DNA from: an uncultured Pseudomonadales bacterium
Lineage (GTDB): Bacteria > Patescibacteriota > Microgenomatia > UBA1400 > Chazhemtobacteraceae
Reading direction: 5' to 3'
DNA length: 64,000 bases
Assembly: GCA_964618725.1 (NCBI GenBank)
Contig: CAZUBK010000001.1
Span: 2,079-66,078, forward strand
Below the pieces are notes generated by a model. It was not told the origin of the DNA and did no database searches. It saw only the letters and a program-made list of their open reading frames with translations. Below, in pieces: positions 17,282 through 28,039 of the stretch. The translations under genes were made by a program, and so were the position numbers. How positions within the stretch are numbered: position 1 is the stretch's first letter; each line of letters starts with the position of its first letter.

Positions 17282-18335
17282 TTGGCAAGATAATTATAGA
17301 AAGGATAGGTCCGGCCTATATCAGGCGATCATTTCTTTGCCGGAACAGATAGCGTCCACTTGTGAGGAGATTTGTGAGCTTAAGCTGCCGGTATCGTACA
17401 AGCAAGTAAACAAAATTGTACTACTGGGAATGGGAGGTTCGGCTTTGGGGGCAAGAGCGGCTAATGGTTTATTGGAAGATCGGCTTAAGGTTCCCCTAAT
17501 TATTCAAAATGATGATCATTTGCCAGCATTTGTTGATGAAAAGACTTTGTTGATTTTGTCGAGTTACTCGGGTAATACGGACGAAGTATTACAAGTGGCG
17601 CATGAGGCAGAGAAAACAAAGGCACAGCTCTTTGTTATTGCTCATGGCGGGAAATTAAAGGAGTGGGCGATCAAGAAAGAGGTTCCCTACTACGGAATGG
17701 AGAGATTGGCGAATCCAGGAGGACAGCCAAGAATGGCAGTGGGACACAGCATCATGGGCTTGATTGATTTACTTAGGGTACTTGGATTGGTGGAAATGGA
17801 AGATAGAGAGATCGAGGGGGCGGTTGAGAAGTTGAAGAGCCTGGTTGAGCGATGGAAGAAAGAAGTCAAACTGGCCAAGAATCCAACCAAGAAATTGGCA
17901 ATGAGTCTTCTGGGTAAGGGTGTCATTATGATTAGCAGTCGACACCTCCGGGGGGCGGCCTATGTGTTCAAGAATCAATTGAACGAAAATGCCAAGACAT
18001 TTGCTGCTAGATTTGAGTTGCCTGAGCTAGGTCACCATCTACTGGAAGGACTGACTTACCCTCTGGAGCTTAAGGGTGAGTTGATGTTTTTGTTATTTGA
18101 TTCGGCTTTGTATGACGAGGGGATAAGGAGGAGAGTAAAAATAGTACAAGATATTGTGGGACAGCAAGGACACGAACTAATCAAGTTAGTACCTGAGTCG
18201 GAAAACCGGTTTTGTCAGATGTGGGAAGTAATCTTGTTTGGTGAATTTGTCAGTTTCTATCTAGCGATTCTAAACGGACTGGATCCGACGCCAATTCCAT
18301 GGGTGGATTACTTAAAGAAGAGGTTGGAAAAATAG
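17259..18335 (+). CDS. Bifunctional phosphoglucose/phosphomannose isomerase (SIS)
   Basis: GMGGSA, SSYSGNTDE, QPRMA, QLNENAK, LPELGHH, DPTPIP. Confidence 0.9.
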   Translation: MLFIPTLDWQDNYRKDRSGLYQAIISLPEQIASTCEEICELKLPVSYKQVNKIVLLGMGGSALGARAANGLLEDRLKVPLIIQNDDHLPAFVDEKTLLILSSYSGNTDEVLQVAHEAEKTKAQLFVIAHGGKLKEWAIKKEVPYYGMERLANPGGQPRMAVGHSIMGLIDLLRVLGLVEMEDREIEGAVEKLKSLVERWKKEVKLAKNPTKKLAMSLLGKGVIMISSRHLRGAAYVFKNQLNENAKTFAARFELPELGHHLLEGLTYPLELKGELMFLLFDSALYDEGIRRRVKIVQDIVGQQGHELIKLVPESENRFCQMWEVILFGEFVSFYLAILNGLDPTPIPWVDYLKKRLEK

Positions 18336-18375
18336 ATATTTGAAAAAAAAGTGGATTTCTGAAAGACTGTAAGTA

Positions 18376-20649
18376 ATGCCCTGGACCCTACCCTTTTCTC
18401 AGATACGCAAAGACGATATCCCGCTGGTTGGAGGTAAAGGAGCGAATTTGGGAGAGATGGTGAGTGCCGGTTTTCCGGTCCCGGATGGATTTTGTATTAC
18501 AGCAGAGACTTATCGAGAAATGATCCGGTTTAACAAGTTTGAAGACAAGATTCGTGAGATTTTGAAGGGACTAGACGTTCACAACTCAAAGATGTTGGCA
18601 AAGAAAGCGGCATTAGTGAGAAAACTGATTGAAAGAGCCAATATTCCCACCGAGATTGTTCATGAGATTGCAAAAAGATATTGGTCTTTAAAAAGTAAGG
18701 AAAAAAACCCATTAGTGGCGGTTCGATCTTCGGCGACGGCGGAGGATTTGCCTGAGGCATCCTTTGCAGGGCAACAAGAGACATATCTAAATATAAGGGG
18801 GGAGACAGATGTGATTCAATCAGTACGAAAGGCTTGGGCGTCATTATTTGAGGCGAGGGCAATTTTTTATCGTGAAACTCAGGGGTTTGACCATTTTAAA
18901 GTGGCATTGGCGATACCGATACAGTTAATGGTTCAGTCTCATACTTCGGGAAACATCTTTACAATTAATCCGGTAACAAATAACAAAAATATTGTGGTGG
19001 TGGAATCAGTGTGGGGATTAGGTGAAATGATCGTGCAGGGAGCCGTAACACCGGATCATTATGAGGTTAATAAAGAGACTTTGGAGTTGTATTCACGGGT
19101 GGTCAATAGGCAGACAGTACAATTGATTAGGAAAGGAAAGGAGACAAAAAAGACGGGAGTGCCTAAGCCAGATCAGGAAAGGCAAAAATTGACGGAGGAG
19201 CAGATCATCACTTTGGCAAAATTAGGGATGAAACTGCAACAACATTACATGTTTCCCCAGGACATCGAGTGGGCAGAAGAGGAGGGGAAAATCTTCATAG
19301 TTCAGACGAGGCCGATTACGACAATCAAGGCAGCCGGAGAAGCGGCCAGACGGTCGATGACCTTAAATACGAAGGGGTTACAAGTAATTTTACGGGGGGA
19401 TAGTGCCTCACCAGGGATAGCGACAGGGACGGTTAGAATCCTTAAATCAGCGAGAGAGATCTCGAAGATACGAACAGGGGATATTTTGGTGGCACCGATG
19501 ACGACGCCTGATTTTGTGCCTGCAATGAAGCGAGCGGTGGCGATTGTAACGGATAAGGGTGGACAGACTTCACATGCGGCGATTGTGAGTCGAGAATTGG
19601 GATTGCCAGCGGTGGTAGGAACAGAGAAGGGAACGAAAAAACTGAAAGATAATCAGAAGATAACGGTGAACGGAACAACGGGAGAGATATTTGCTGGGAT
19701 AGCGGAGACGGTGGAGAATCACATTCTTAAGGAAACAAAACAAAGTGAGGAGATAGTGAAGACGGCGACAAAAGTCTATGTCAATTTGGGGGAGCCCGAG
19801 TTGGCGGGATCAGTGGCGAGCAAAGACGTCGATGGAGTGGGGTTACTGAGGGCAGAATTTATGATGGCCCAGATCGGGGTGCATCCCAAAAAGATGATTC
19901 ACGACAAGAAGGAAAGGATCTTTGTTGGTCAGTTGGCAGATGGACTCGAGAAGTTTTGTATGGCCTTTGGTTATCGACCAGTGATATACCGAGCCTCGGA
20001 CTTTAAGACTAATGAGTATCGGAGTCTCATTGGGGGCAAGGCATTTGAGCCAGAAGAAGCCAATCCAATGTTGGGCTACCGAGGAGCATATCGCTACATT
20101 ACCGATCAGCGGGTGTTTGACTTGGAGCTGGAAGCCATCAAAGAAGTAAGAAACAAGCGAGGGCATAAGAATCTTCATTTGATGGTGCCTTTTGTCCACA
20201 CGGTGGATGAATTAGTGAAAGTGAAGCGAATTATAACCGCGGCGGGATTGAGTCGAGGGCCAAATTTTAAGCTATTTATGATGGTGGAGATACCAAGCAA
20301 TGTGATATTACTTGAGCAATTTGCGGCAGTGGGAATTGATGGAATCAGTATTGGGAGTAACGATCTGACAATGTTGACGCTGGGAGTAGATCGGGACAAC
20401 GAAGCATTAGTGGCAGTTTATGACGAGCGTAATCCGGCGGTAATGTGGATGCTTGAGACGGCGATAAAAAAGGCAACAAAGCTGGGACTATTAGCGGGGA
20501 TCTGTGGTCAGGCGCCTAGTGTGTATCCAGAACTAACGAGAAAATTGGTGGAATGGGGAATAACTAGTATTTCGGTGTCCCCGGATGTAATCGAGAGAAC
20601 GAGGCGGATTGTGGCAGAGGCGGAGAAAGATGTAGTGAGGAAAAGATAA
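18376..20649 (+). CDS. ppsA: Phosphoenolpyruvate synthase
   Basis: GGKGANLGEM, AVRSSATAEDLPEASFAGQQET, TSHAAIVSRELG, SIGSNDLT. Confidence 0.97.
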   Translation: MPWTLPFSQIRKDDIPLVGGKGANLGEMVSAGFPVPDGFCITAETYREMIRFNKFEDKIREILKGLDVHNSKMLAKKAALVRKLIERANIPTEIVHEIAKRYWSLKSKEKNPLVAVRSSATAEDLPEASFAGQQETYLNIRGETDVIQSVRKAWASLFEARAIFYRETQGFDHFKVALAIPIQLMVQSHTSGNIFTINPVTNNKNIVVVESVWGLGEMIVQGAVTPDHYEVNKETLELYSRVVNRQTVQLIRKGKETKKTGVPKPDQERQKLTEEQIITLAKLGMKLQQHYMFPQDIEWAEEEGKIFIVQTRPITTIKAAGEAARRSMTLNTKGLQVILRGDSASPGIATGTVRILKSAREISKIRTGDILVAPMTTPDFVPAMKRAVAIVTDKGGQTSHAAIVSRELGLPAVVGTEKGTKKLKDNQKITVNGTTGEIFAGIAETVENHILKETKQSEEIVKTATKVYVNLGEPELAGSVASKDVDGVGLLRAEFMMAQIGVHPKKMIHDKKERIFVGQLADGLEKFCMAFGYRPVIYRASDFKTNEYRSLIGGKAFEPEEANPMLGYRGAYRYITDQRVFDLELEAIKEVRNKRGHKNLHLMVPFVHTVDELVKVKRIITAAGLSRGPNFKLFMMVEIPSNVILLEQFAAVGIDGISIGSNDLTMLTLGVDRDNEALVAVYDERNPAVMWMLETAIKKATKLGLLAGICGQAPSVYPELTRKLVEWGITSISVSPDVIERTRRIVAEAEKDVVRKR

Positions 20650-20674
20650 TTACCCTTGTGTTACACTCATTTTA

Positions 20675-21943
20675 ATGGCAAAGATAAAGTCGGTTCGGGC
20701 ACGGGAAATCCTAGACTCACGAGGGAATCCGACGATAGAGACGACAGTGTGGTCGGATACTGGTCAGGCGGCAGTGGCTTCGATCCCTTCGGGAGCTTCG
20801 ACGGGAAAATATGAGGCCTTGGAGCTTCGGGATGAAGACCAGAATCGGTTTAAGGGAATGGGGGTGCTCAAAGCTGTAGATAATGTAAACAAGATAATCG
20901 CGCCAAAACTTTTGGGTATGGATCCCCTATTTCAGACAAAGATTGACAAAATGTTGGTTGATTTAGATGGGACAGACAATAAGTCAAAGTTGGGAGCCAA
21001 TGCGATTTTGTCTGTTTCCCAGGCAGTTTGTGAGTTGGGAGCGGTTCTAACTAAACGACCGATCTTCAGATATTTAGCGGAAAAATATGATCTGGCGTTG
21101 CCAACAGCAGCAACGATACCTACACCGATCTTTAATTTGATAAACGGAGGAAAACATGGGGCGGGAAATAATCTAGATTTTCAAGAATTTCATATTATTC
21201 CTTCGTCTCGACAGAGCTTCACGCAAGCGCTGGCGATGGGGGATGTGATTTATCAGACGCTGAAGGGAGCCTTAATCAAGCGAAACGCCGTCTATTCTGT
21301 AGGTGATGAAGGCGGGTTTGCGCCTAATCTGTATACCAATTCGGACGCTTTGGCTCTATTGGTTGAGGCGATAAATGGGAGTAATTATATATTGGGTAAG
21401 GATGTGTTTATGGGACTGGATACAGCAGCGAATAGTTTCTACAAAGATGGACGATATGCGATTAAGGATAAAGGGCAACCTCTGACTTCAGAGGAGATGA
21501 TTGAGTTTTATCTTCAGCTCAACAAAGAGTATCAACTTTTAGAGTTGGAGGATCCGTTGCATGAGGACGATTTTGATGGTTGGACCAAGTTGACGGTGGA
21601 GCTGGGCAAAGCGACGATGGTGGTGGGGGACGATTTGCTAGTGACGAACAAAAAAAGACTATTGAAGGCGATCGAGAAGAGAGCGTGCAACACTATTCTG
21701 GTCAAACCAAACCAGATTGGGACGATCTCGGAGACGGTGGAAGTTATCAAAATTGCCAAAGAGCAAGGTATGAGCGTGATATCTTCACATCGCTCGGGAG
21801 AGACAACAGATGATTTTATTGCCGACTTTGCGGTGGGAACGGGAAGTAACTATGTTAAGTTTGGGGCACCGGCTCGAGGTGAGCGAGTGGTGAAATACAA
21901 TCGTTTGATGGCAATTGAAGAAATGTTAAATGAAGGCTTTTGA
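20675..21943 (+). CDS. eno: Enolase
   Basis: REILDSRGNPT, PSGASTG, GDEGGFAP, SHRSGET. Confidence 0.98.
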   Translation: MAKIKSVRAREILDSRGNPTIETTVWSDTGQAAVASIPSGASTGKYEALELRDEDQNRFKGMGVLKAVDNVNKIIAPKLLGMDPLFQTKIDKMLVDLDGTDNKSKLGANAILSVSQAVCELGAVLTKRPIFRYLAEKYDLALPTAATIPTPIFNLINGGKHGAGNNLDFQEFHIIPSSRQSFTQALAMGDVIYQTLKGALIKRNAVYSVGDEGGFAPNLYTNSDALALLVEAINGSNYILGKDVFMGLDTAANSFYKDGRYAIKDKGQPLTSEEMIEFYLQLNKEYQLLELEDPLHEDDFDGWTKLTVELGKATMVVGDDLLVTNKKRLLKAIEKRACNTILVKPNQIGTISETVEVIKIAKEQGMSVISSHRSGETTDDFIADFAVGTGSNYVKFGAPARGERVVKYNRLMAIEEMLNEGF

Positions 21944-23582
21944 TATGTTAGACTCTGCCGCTCATTCTAATTCTCCAGTTGTATTACTTGTTTTGGATGG
22001 ATGGGGATTGGCTCCAGCAGGAACGGGAAATGTGATTACGGAAAAGACAGCTCCGAATATGTTTTCTCTTATACAGGAGTATCCGAGTACAAAGTTGGCA
22101 GCGGCGGGGGAAGCCGTTGGATTACCACCAGGTGAAGATGGTAACTCAGAGGTGGGGCATTGGAACTTGGGGGCAGGTAGGATTGTGGTGCAGTCACAAC
22201 CAAGAATTAATTTATCGATTGTGGATGGAAGCTTTTTTAACAATAAAGCTTTTTTGGCAGCGGTGAAACAAGTAAAAGAGAAAAAGGGTAGTTTACATTT
22301 GATGGGATTGATTGGTTCGGGGCAAGTACATGCGTACTATGAGCACCTATTAGCTTTGCTATATTTAGCAAAGAAAAATGAGATAGAGCGGGTATATTTA
22401 CATCTATTTACTGACGGTAGAGATTCTTCACCTAATGGGGCTCTGCCGATGATCAAACGTTTGGAGGATGAATTAAGGAGACTTGGGATTGGCAAAATTG
22501 TGACAATAATGGGACGATACTTTGCGATGGATCGGGATCTGAGATGGGAGAGAACTAAAATGGCATATGAGGCATTAACAGAGGCGGATGGGGTAATTGC
22601 GGCTGATCCGATATCAGCAATCGAGGAGAGTTATAAGCTGGGAGTGACTGATGAATTTATTAAGCCGGTGCAAGTTGGTGACAATCGAGCGGAGACGAGA
22701 ATAAAAGAAGGAGATAGTGTAATCTTTTTTAACTTTCGGGTAGACCGACCGAGGCAATTAACCAAAGCGTTCGTAATGCCAGATTTTGAGACGACGGCAA
22801 TGGTGATTCGTGGTTTTGACCCATACGAGACAGAAGTTCATCAGAAACATATTCACGCCACCCCGTTTAATACTCCCTTTCAGAGGAAGATAAAACTTAA
22901 TGATTTGGTTTTTGTGACGATGACGGAATATGAATCGGGACTACCAGTAGAAGAAGCATTTCCGATAACGCCGGTTGGACAAAATCTAAGTGAAGTTGTT
23001 TCATTGGCAGGACTAAAACAATTAAAGATAGCCGAAACGGAGAAAGAGCGGTTTGTAACTCATTGTATTAATTGTGGAAAAGACAATGCATACCCGGGGG
23101 AAGATCGATTAATTGTCCCTTCGCCTAATGTGGCAACTTACGATCTACAACCGGAGATGGCAACACCAAGTATCGTTCAAGCGGTGGTGGGTAAGCTGGG
23201 ACGAAACAACTACAGTTTGTTTGTGGTGAACATAGCTTGTCCGGATATGGTGGCACATACAGGAAATATAGAGGCGACTCAGGCGGCAATTGTGGCAGCT
23301 GATAAAGCGGTGCGGGAAATTGCTGATGCTGTTTTGGCGAGAAATGGGTTGTTAATGGTCACGGCGGATCACGGTAACGCTGAAGAATTGGTCAACTTGC
23401 GTGACAATTTACCAGATACAGAACACTCAACTAATCCAGTTCCTTTGATTTTAGTATCAAAGGTTTTGAAGGAACAAAAGATTGAACTGCGGGAAGGAGT
23501 ATTAGCTGATGTGGCGCCGACTATTTTGAAGTACTTGGGAATAGAGAAACCAATCGAAATGACTGGACAAGCGCTTTATTAA
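21930..23582 (+). CDS. gpmI: 2,3-BPG-independent phosphoglycerate mutase
   Basis: LDGWG, GNSEVGH, MGRYFAMDRD, TADHGNAE. Confidence 0.97.
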   Translation: MKAFDMLDSAAHSNSPVVLLVLDGWGLAPAGTGNVITEKTAPNMFSLIQEYPSTKLAAAGEAVGLPPGEDGNSEVGHWNLGAGRIVVQSQPRINLSIVDGSFFNNKAFLAAVKQVKEKKGSLHLMGLIGSGQVHAYYEHLLALLYLAKKNEIERVYLHLFTDGRDSSPNGALPMIKRLEDELRRLGIGKIVTIMGRYFAMDRDLRWERTKMAYEALTEADGVIAADPISAIEESYKLGVTDEFIKPVQVGDNRAETRIKEGDSVIFFNFRVDRPRQLTKAFVMPDFETTAMVIRGFDPYETEVHQKHIHATPFNTPFQRKIKLNDLVFVTMTEYESGLPVEEAFPITPVGQNLSEVVSLAGLKQLKIAETEKERFVTHCINCGKDNAYPGEDRLIVPSPNVATYDLQPEMATPSIVQAVVGKLGRNNYSLFVVNIACPDMVAHTGNIEATQAAIVAADKAVREIADAVLARNGLLMVTADHGNAEELVNLRDNLPDTEHSTNPVPLILVSKVLKEQKIELREGVLADVAPTILKYLGIEKPIEMTGQALY

Positions 23583-23599
23583 ACCGCTACTATGAAGAG

Positions 23600-25309
23600 A
23601 TGGAGATAACGACAATTAAGGTTGAAGAGAAGAAATTGGGTTTTGAACCAAATCTAAAAAACTACCAAAGAATATATCAGGGATTTGATTGGAAGGAAGT
23701 AGAAAAGGAGTTAGATTTCTTCGAGGGGGGCAAGTTTAACGCGGCCTACAATGCAATCGAGCGCCATGCTCAGAGTGAGCTTAAAAACAAAGTGGCGTTG
23801 TATTGGATTTCTGATGACGGGACGGAAGGGAAAAAGTTTACCTTTAACGAGATAAATCGATTGGCAAACAAATTTGCCAATTTGTTGTTGAACTTGGGGG
23901 TGGATCGTGGAGATCGAGTGTTTATTTTCCTACCTCGAGTCCCAGAGCTTTATTTTGGATTCTTAGGGATCCTGAAAACTGGCGCTATTGCCGGGACTTT
24001 GTTTAGTGCTTTTCAGGAACAGGCATTATTTGATCGACTAGGAAATAGTGGAGCGAAGGTATTACTGACCAGTAAGGAGTTACTGTCTCGAGTAGCGAGT
24101 GTGAGACGCAAGCTACCAGCTTTGAAGCATGTGATTCTGATTGACGATCTGGCAAAGAAATTGGGGAAAGAGAGTGGTGAGTTTAAGACACGAAAAATGA
24201 ACCTAGATGACCCGGCGTTTATGTTGTATACCTCGGGGACGACGGGCAAGCCAAAGGGAGTGATTCATGTTCATCGAGCGCTGATACATCAATATATGAC
24301 AGCGAAGTACGTATTAGATCTTAAGAGTGACGATGTGTACTGGTGTACTGCTGATCCGGGTTGGGTGACGGGTATTGCTTACGAGATCTTGGGTAACTGG
24401 GCACTGGGAGTCTCGACCGTTGTCTATGCAGGGCGATTTGATCCGGCGACTTGGTATAGCGTAATTGATAGTTATGGAGTTACGGTTTGGTACAGTGCAC
24501 CAACGGCAATTCGATTGCTTCAGGCGGCAGGTGACAAATTGGTGAAAAAGTATTCTCTTTCAAGTCTGAGACACTTGTGTTCGGTTGGTGAGCCACTTAA
24601 CCCGGAACCGATTAAGTGGAGTCTTAGAGTCTTTGGCAAACCGTTCCATGATACTTGGTGGCAGACGGAGACGGGAGGAATGATGATAACCAACTATCCT
24701 GGTATGCCACTCAAAGTAGGTTCGATGGGAAGGCCGGTACCGGGTGTAGTGGCGGGGATAATTGATGAAAAAGGAAATGAGGTAAAGCCATTAGTGGAGG
24801 GTGATTTGGCAGTAAAGAAGGGTTGGCCATCGATGATGAGCACCATTTGGCGAAGGCCTAAAAAGTATAAATCATATTTTATAAAGGCATGGTATGTTTC
24901 GGGAGACCGGGCGTACAAGGATCGTGATGGCTACTTTTGGTTTGTGGGACGAGCTGATGATGTGATCAAAACGTCAGGAGAGAGAGTTGGACCCTTTGAG
25001 GTAGAATCAGCCTTGGTAGCTCATGAGAGCGTGGTGGAAGCGGGAGTAATCGGCAAACCGGACCCAATTAGAGGTCAAATAGTGAAGGCATTTGTAGTAT
25101 TGAAGACAGGTATTAGGGAAACGGAAGAGCTAAAGGCAGAGTTGTCAGAATATGTGAAGAAACACCTGGCCGGACACTCATATCCTAGGGAGATTGAATT
25201 TATTGACCACCTGCCCAAGACGAGATCGGGAAAAATCGTGAGAAGAATGCTGAGGGCCAGGGAACTAGGATTGCCGCTTGGGGATACAAGTACGCTTGAG
25301 GATCACTAA
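23600..25309 (+). CDS. acsA: Acetate-CoA ligase (AMP-forming)
   Basis: YTSGTTGKPKG, WCTADPGWVTG, SVGEPLNPE, DTWWQTETGG, LPKTRSGKIVRR. Confidence 0.93.
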   Translation: MEITTIKVEEKKLGFEPNLKNYQRIYQGFDWKEVEKELDFFEGGKFNAAYNAIERHAQSELKNKVALYWISDDGTEGKKFTFNEINRLANKFANLLLNLGVDRGDRVFIFLPRVPELYFGFLGILKTGAIAGTLFSAFQEQALFDRLGNSGAKVLLTSKELLSRVASVRRKLPALKHVILIDDLAKKLGKESGEFKTRKMNLDDPAFMLYTSGTTGKPKGVIHVHRALIHQYMTAKYVLDLKSDDVYWCTADPGWVTGIAYEILGNWALGVSTVVYAGRFDPATWYSVIDSYGVTVWYSAPTAIRLLQAAGDKLVKKYSLSSLRHLCSVGEPLNPEPIKWSLRVFGKPFHDTWWQTETGGMMITNYPGMPLKVGSMGRPVPGVVAGIIDEKGNEVKPLVEGDLAVKKGWPSMMSTIWRRPKKYKSYFIKAWYVSGDRAYKDRDGYFWFVGRADDVIKTSGERVGPFEVESALVAHESVVEAGVIGKPDPIRGQIVKAFVVLKTGIRETEELKAELSEYVKKHLAGHSYPREIEFIDHLPKTRSGKIVRRMLRARELGLPLGDTSTLEDH

Positions 25310-26005
25310 TCATTGAGTTCTTATTAATATCACATATTCCCCTCTTAAGCGGGTTTTGGATAGTTTAAGGATCAGATCGGAGAGACTACCTCTATGTAGA
25401 GTTTGATGGTTTTTAGTAAGCTCCGAGGCAACGACACAAGGTAGGACGCCTAGCTTGGAGTGGATTTCCTCTAGAGTTTTGACGACACGTTGTGGGGCTT
25501 CATAGATAGTAATAGTGAGACCGGTTTCGAGATTCTTGATATCTTGCCAGAGTTTGTTTCGTTTGGCCGTCTTTTTGGGCAAAAACCCTAAGAAAAGGAC
25601 GCGGTCGGAAGAGAAGCCTGAGAGGGCCAGGGCAGTAGTAGCAGCGGTAGAGCCAGGAATGGTATCGATCTCACCACCACTTTCAATGACGGAGTTAACT
25701 AGATGAAAACCGGGATCAGAAAAGGCGGGCATACCGGCATCACTGACAAGTATAGGATAGATTGCTTGTTTTAGGTCCTCGAGTATTTGTGGGAGACGGT
25801 CTTTTTCGTGGAACTCGTTGATGACCTTCAGTTTGCCGATGAAGGGATGTGAGAGATAACCTTCGTGAAGAAGCTTGGAATAGAGCTTGTGAAAGACCCG
25901 GGTATCTTCACAAATAACCAGATCAGTCTGATTGAGAGCACGGAGAGCACGCAATGAGATATCCAAGTGATTACCGAGAGGGAGTCCGACTAAAGTTAAT
26001 TTCAT
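25310..26005 (-). CDS. rsmI: 16S rRNA C1402 2'-O-methyltransferase
   Basis: PLGNHLDISLRA, CEDTR, SDAGMPAFSDPG, YEAPQR, ELTK. Confidence 0.92.
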   Translation of the reverse strand: MKLTLVGLPLGNHLDISLRALRALNQTDLVICEDTRVFHKLYSKLLHEGYLSHPFIGKLKVINEFHEKDRLPQILEDLKQAIYPILVSDAGMPAFSDPGFHLVNSVIESGGEIDTIPGSTAATTALALSGFSSDRVLFLGFLPKKTAKRNKLWQDIKNLETGLTITIYEAPQRVVKTLEEIHSKLGVLPCVVASELTKNHQTLHRGSLSDLILKLSKTRLRGEYVILIRTQ

Positions 26006-26072
26006 GGGTGTATTTTACTACTTTTTCTGATAAAATATATATAAGATACTTTGAAAATTGAAAGGACGCAAG

Positions 26073-26294
26073 ATGAACCAGATCTTTAATGTGGTAGAGG
26101 AAATAACGAAGAGGCTAGCACTTTTAGAGTTGGGATCTGATTTGACGATTGTTTTACCAAATGACATACCTGAAGCAACTGTTAGATCGATTGCTTTTGA
26201 GTTGTCGTTGCTGTCTGTGAGATCGTTAACGATAATCGTGGATAAGAACAAGTTGATAGTCTACTTGTCGAGCGGAAAGGGGTCAAAAGAATGA
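26073..26294 (+). CDS. Small hypothetical protein
   Basis: ORF with AAGGA upstream, followed by a terminator. Confidence 0.45.
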   Translation: MNQIFNVVEEITKRLALLELGSDLTIVLPNDIPEATVRSIAFELSLLSVRSLTIIVDKNKLIVYLSSGKGSKE

Positions 26295-26315
26295 CAGGGG
26301 AATATTAATAGTTAG

Positions 26316-26342
26316 AAAACCGGGAATATTTCCCGGTTTTTT
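26316..26342 (+). terminator. Intrinsic terminator
   Basis: AAAACCGGGAA-TAT-TTCCCGGTTTTTT. Confidence 0.7.
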
Positions 26343-26350
26343 GTATACTG

Positions 26351-28039
26351 ATGCTAATGCTTAAGAGAATCAATTGGAAAATAGCCGGAAGTGCTGGACA
26401 CGGGATCAAGTCGATTGGGGCGATCATGGCTCGGGCATTACTTTTGCATAAGTGGTTTGTATACGGTTATGATGAATATCCTTCGTTGATACGAGGTGGT
26501 CAAAATACTTATCAGTTGCTTATTTCTAACGAAAAAGTAACCGCTCCGCAGAAAAAGATTGATATATTAGTGGCTTTGAATGAGGAGGGGATAAGTAATC
26601 ACTTGGAGGAGATAACTGAGGATACGATAGTTATCAAGGATAAGGAGTTAAAGATTGAGATCTTGAAAGGAAAAGTGTGGAATTTGGCAATTTTGGAGAT
26701 GGCGAAGACTTTAGGCAATCCCTTGGTTCAAAATACAATTCTTCTGGGAGTAACGGCGCAGATGTTCGCCCTGAAGGATGAGGCTATGAGAGATTTAGTC
26801 AAGACAGAATTTGGAAAGAAGCAGGAGTTGCTGGAGTTAAACATTAGGGCTTACGAAGAGGGACGGAAGATGGTGGTGGATCGGGAGCAAATTGATTTGA
26901 GTAAGGGAAGCAGAGAAGGTAGTGAACTTGTTATGTCAGGAAGTGAGGCGGCAGGGATGGGAGCGATAGCGGCGGGGATGCAAGCTTATTTTGCTTATCC
27001 GATGACGCCGTCGTCTCCCCTACTTCATTTTTTGGCCGAAAATCAGGAGAAATTCGATTACTTGGTTCGGCAGCCAGAGGATGAGATTGCGGCGATTAAC
27101 ATGGCTCTGGGGGCATCTTTTGCAGGGGCTAAGTCAATGGTGGGAACCGCTGGAGGGGGATTTGCGTTGATGCAAGAGTCAGTGTCCTTGGCGGGAATGT
27201 TGGAATTACCTTTAGTTATCTATGTCGGAATGCGGCCGGCGCCAGCGACGGGATTACCAACCTGGACGTCACAGTCGGATCTTCGGTTTGTGATTTATTC
27301 CGGACATGGTGAGTTCCCCAAGATTGTATTAAGTCCTGGAGATACGAATGAAGTGTTTGATTTGGTTCATAAAGCGTTTGAACTGAGTCAGAAGTATCAA
27401 GTGACAGTGATTGTGTTAACCGACAAGTTACTGGCGGAAGCACATCAGGTGACGGAAGAATTTCCCAGTCTTTTAGTTGTACCGTTACAGAATATAGAGT
27501 GGCGACCGACACAGCCAGAGGGGGAGATGTATCACCGTTATCAACCAACACCAGATGGGGTTGGAAAGCGGACGTTACCTGGGATAGTCAATGGCATTTA
27601 TATTGCCAATTCAGATGAGCACACTCCGGAAGGGTTGGTTTCCGAGACGGCGGAGATGAGGCAAGTGATGAACTTGAGGAGGTCAAACAAGATGAAGCTG
27701 ATAGCCGATGAGGCAATAGCTCCAACGATATATGGGGATGCTGAGTCATCGGATTATTTAGTCTCCTTTGGTAGTACCAAAGGGAGTATTTTAGAGGCGT
27801 TAAAGGAGCTGCCTGGGATGGGTTTTTGTCATTTCACTCAAGTATGGCCAATTTCGTCTCAAGCAGTAGAAATGCTTAGAGACAAGAGGCTTACAGTAGT
27901 GGAAAACAACATGACGGGGCAGTTAGCGGGTCTACTCAAACAAGAATTGGGACTAAAGATAGAGACGAATCTATGCAAAGATGATGGTAGACCGTTTTAT
28001 CCTGAGGAAATCGTTCAATTTATGAAAGAGAAAAGATGA
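26351..28039 (+). CDS. 2-oxoacid:ferredoxin oxidoreductase alpha subunit (with gamma domain)
   Basis: YPSLIRGG, AYPMTPSS, QPEDEIAA, PATGLPT, SDEH, DGRPF. Confidence 0.93.
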   Translation: MLMLKRINWKIAGSAGHGIKSIGAIMARALLLHKWFVYGYDEYPSLIRGGQNTYQLLISNEKVTAPQKKIDILVALNEEGISNHLEEITEDTIVIKDKELKIEILKGKVWNLAILEMAKTLGNPLVQNTILLGVTAQMFALKDEAMRDLVKTEFGKKQELLELNIRAYEEGRKMVVDREQIDLSKGSREGSELVMSGSEAAGMGAIAAGMQAYFAYPMTPSSPLLHFLAENQEKFDYLVRQPEDEIAAINMALGASFAGAKSMVGTAGGGFALMQESVSLAGMLELPLVIYVGMRPAPATGLPTWTSQSDLRFVIYSGHGEFPKIVLSPGDTNEVFDLVHKAFELSQKYQVTVIVLTDKLLAEAHQVTEEFPSLLVVPLQNIEWRPTQPEGEMYHRYQPTPDGVGKRTLPGIVNGIYIANSDEHTPEGLVSETAEMRQVMNLRRSNKMKLIADEAIAPTIYGDAESSDYLVSFGSTKGSILEALKELPGMGFCHFTQVWPISSQAVEMLRDKRLTVVENNMTGQLAGLLKQELGLKIETNLCKDDGRPFYPEEIVQFMKEKR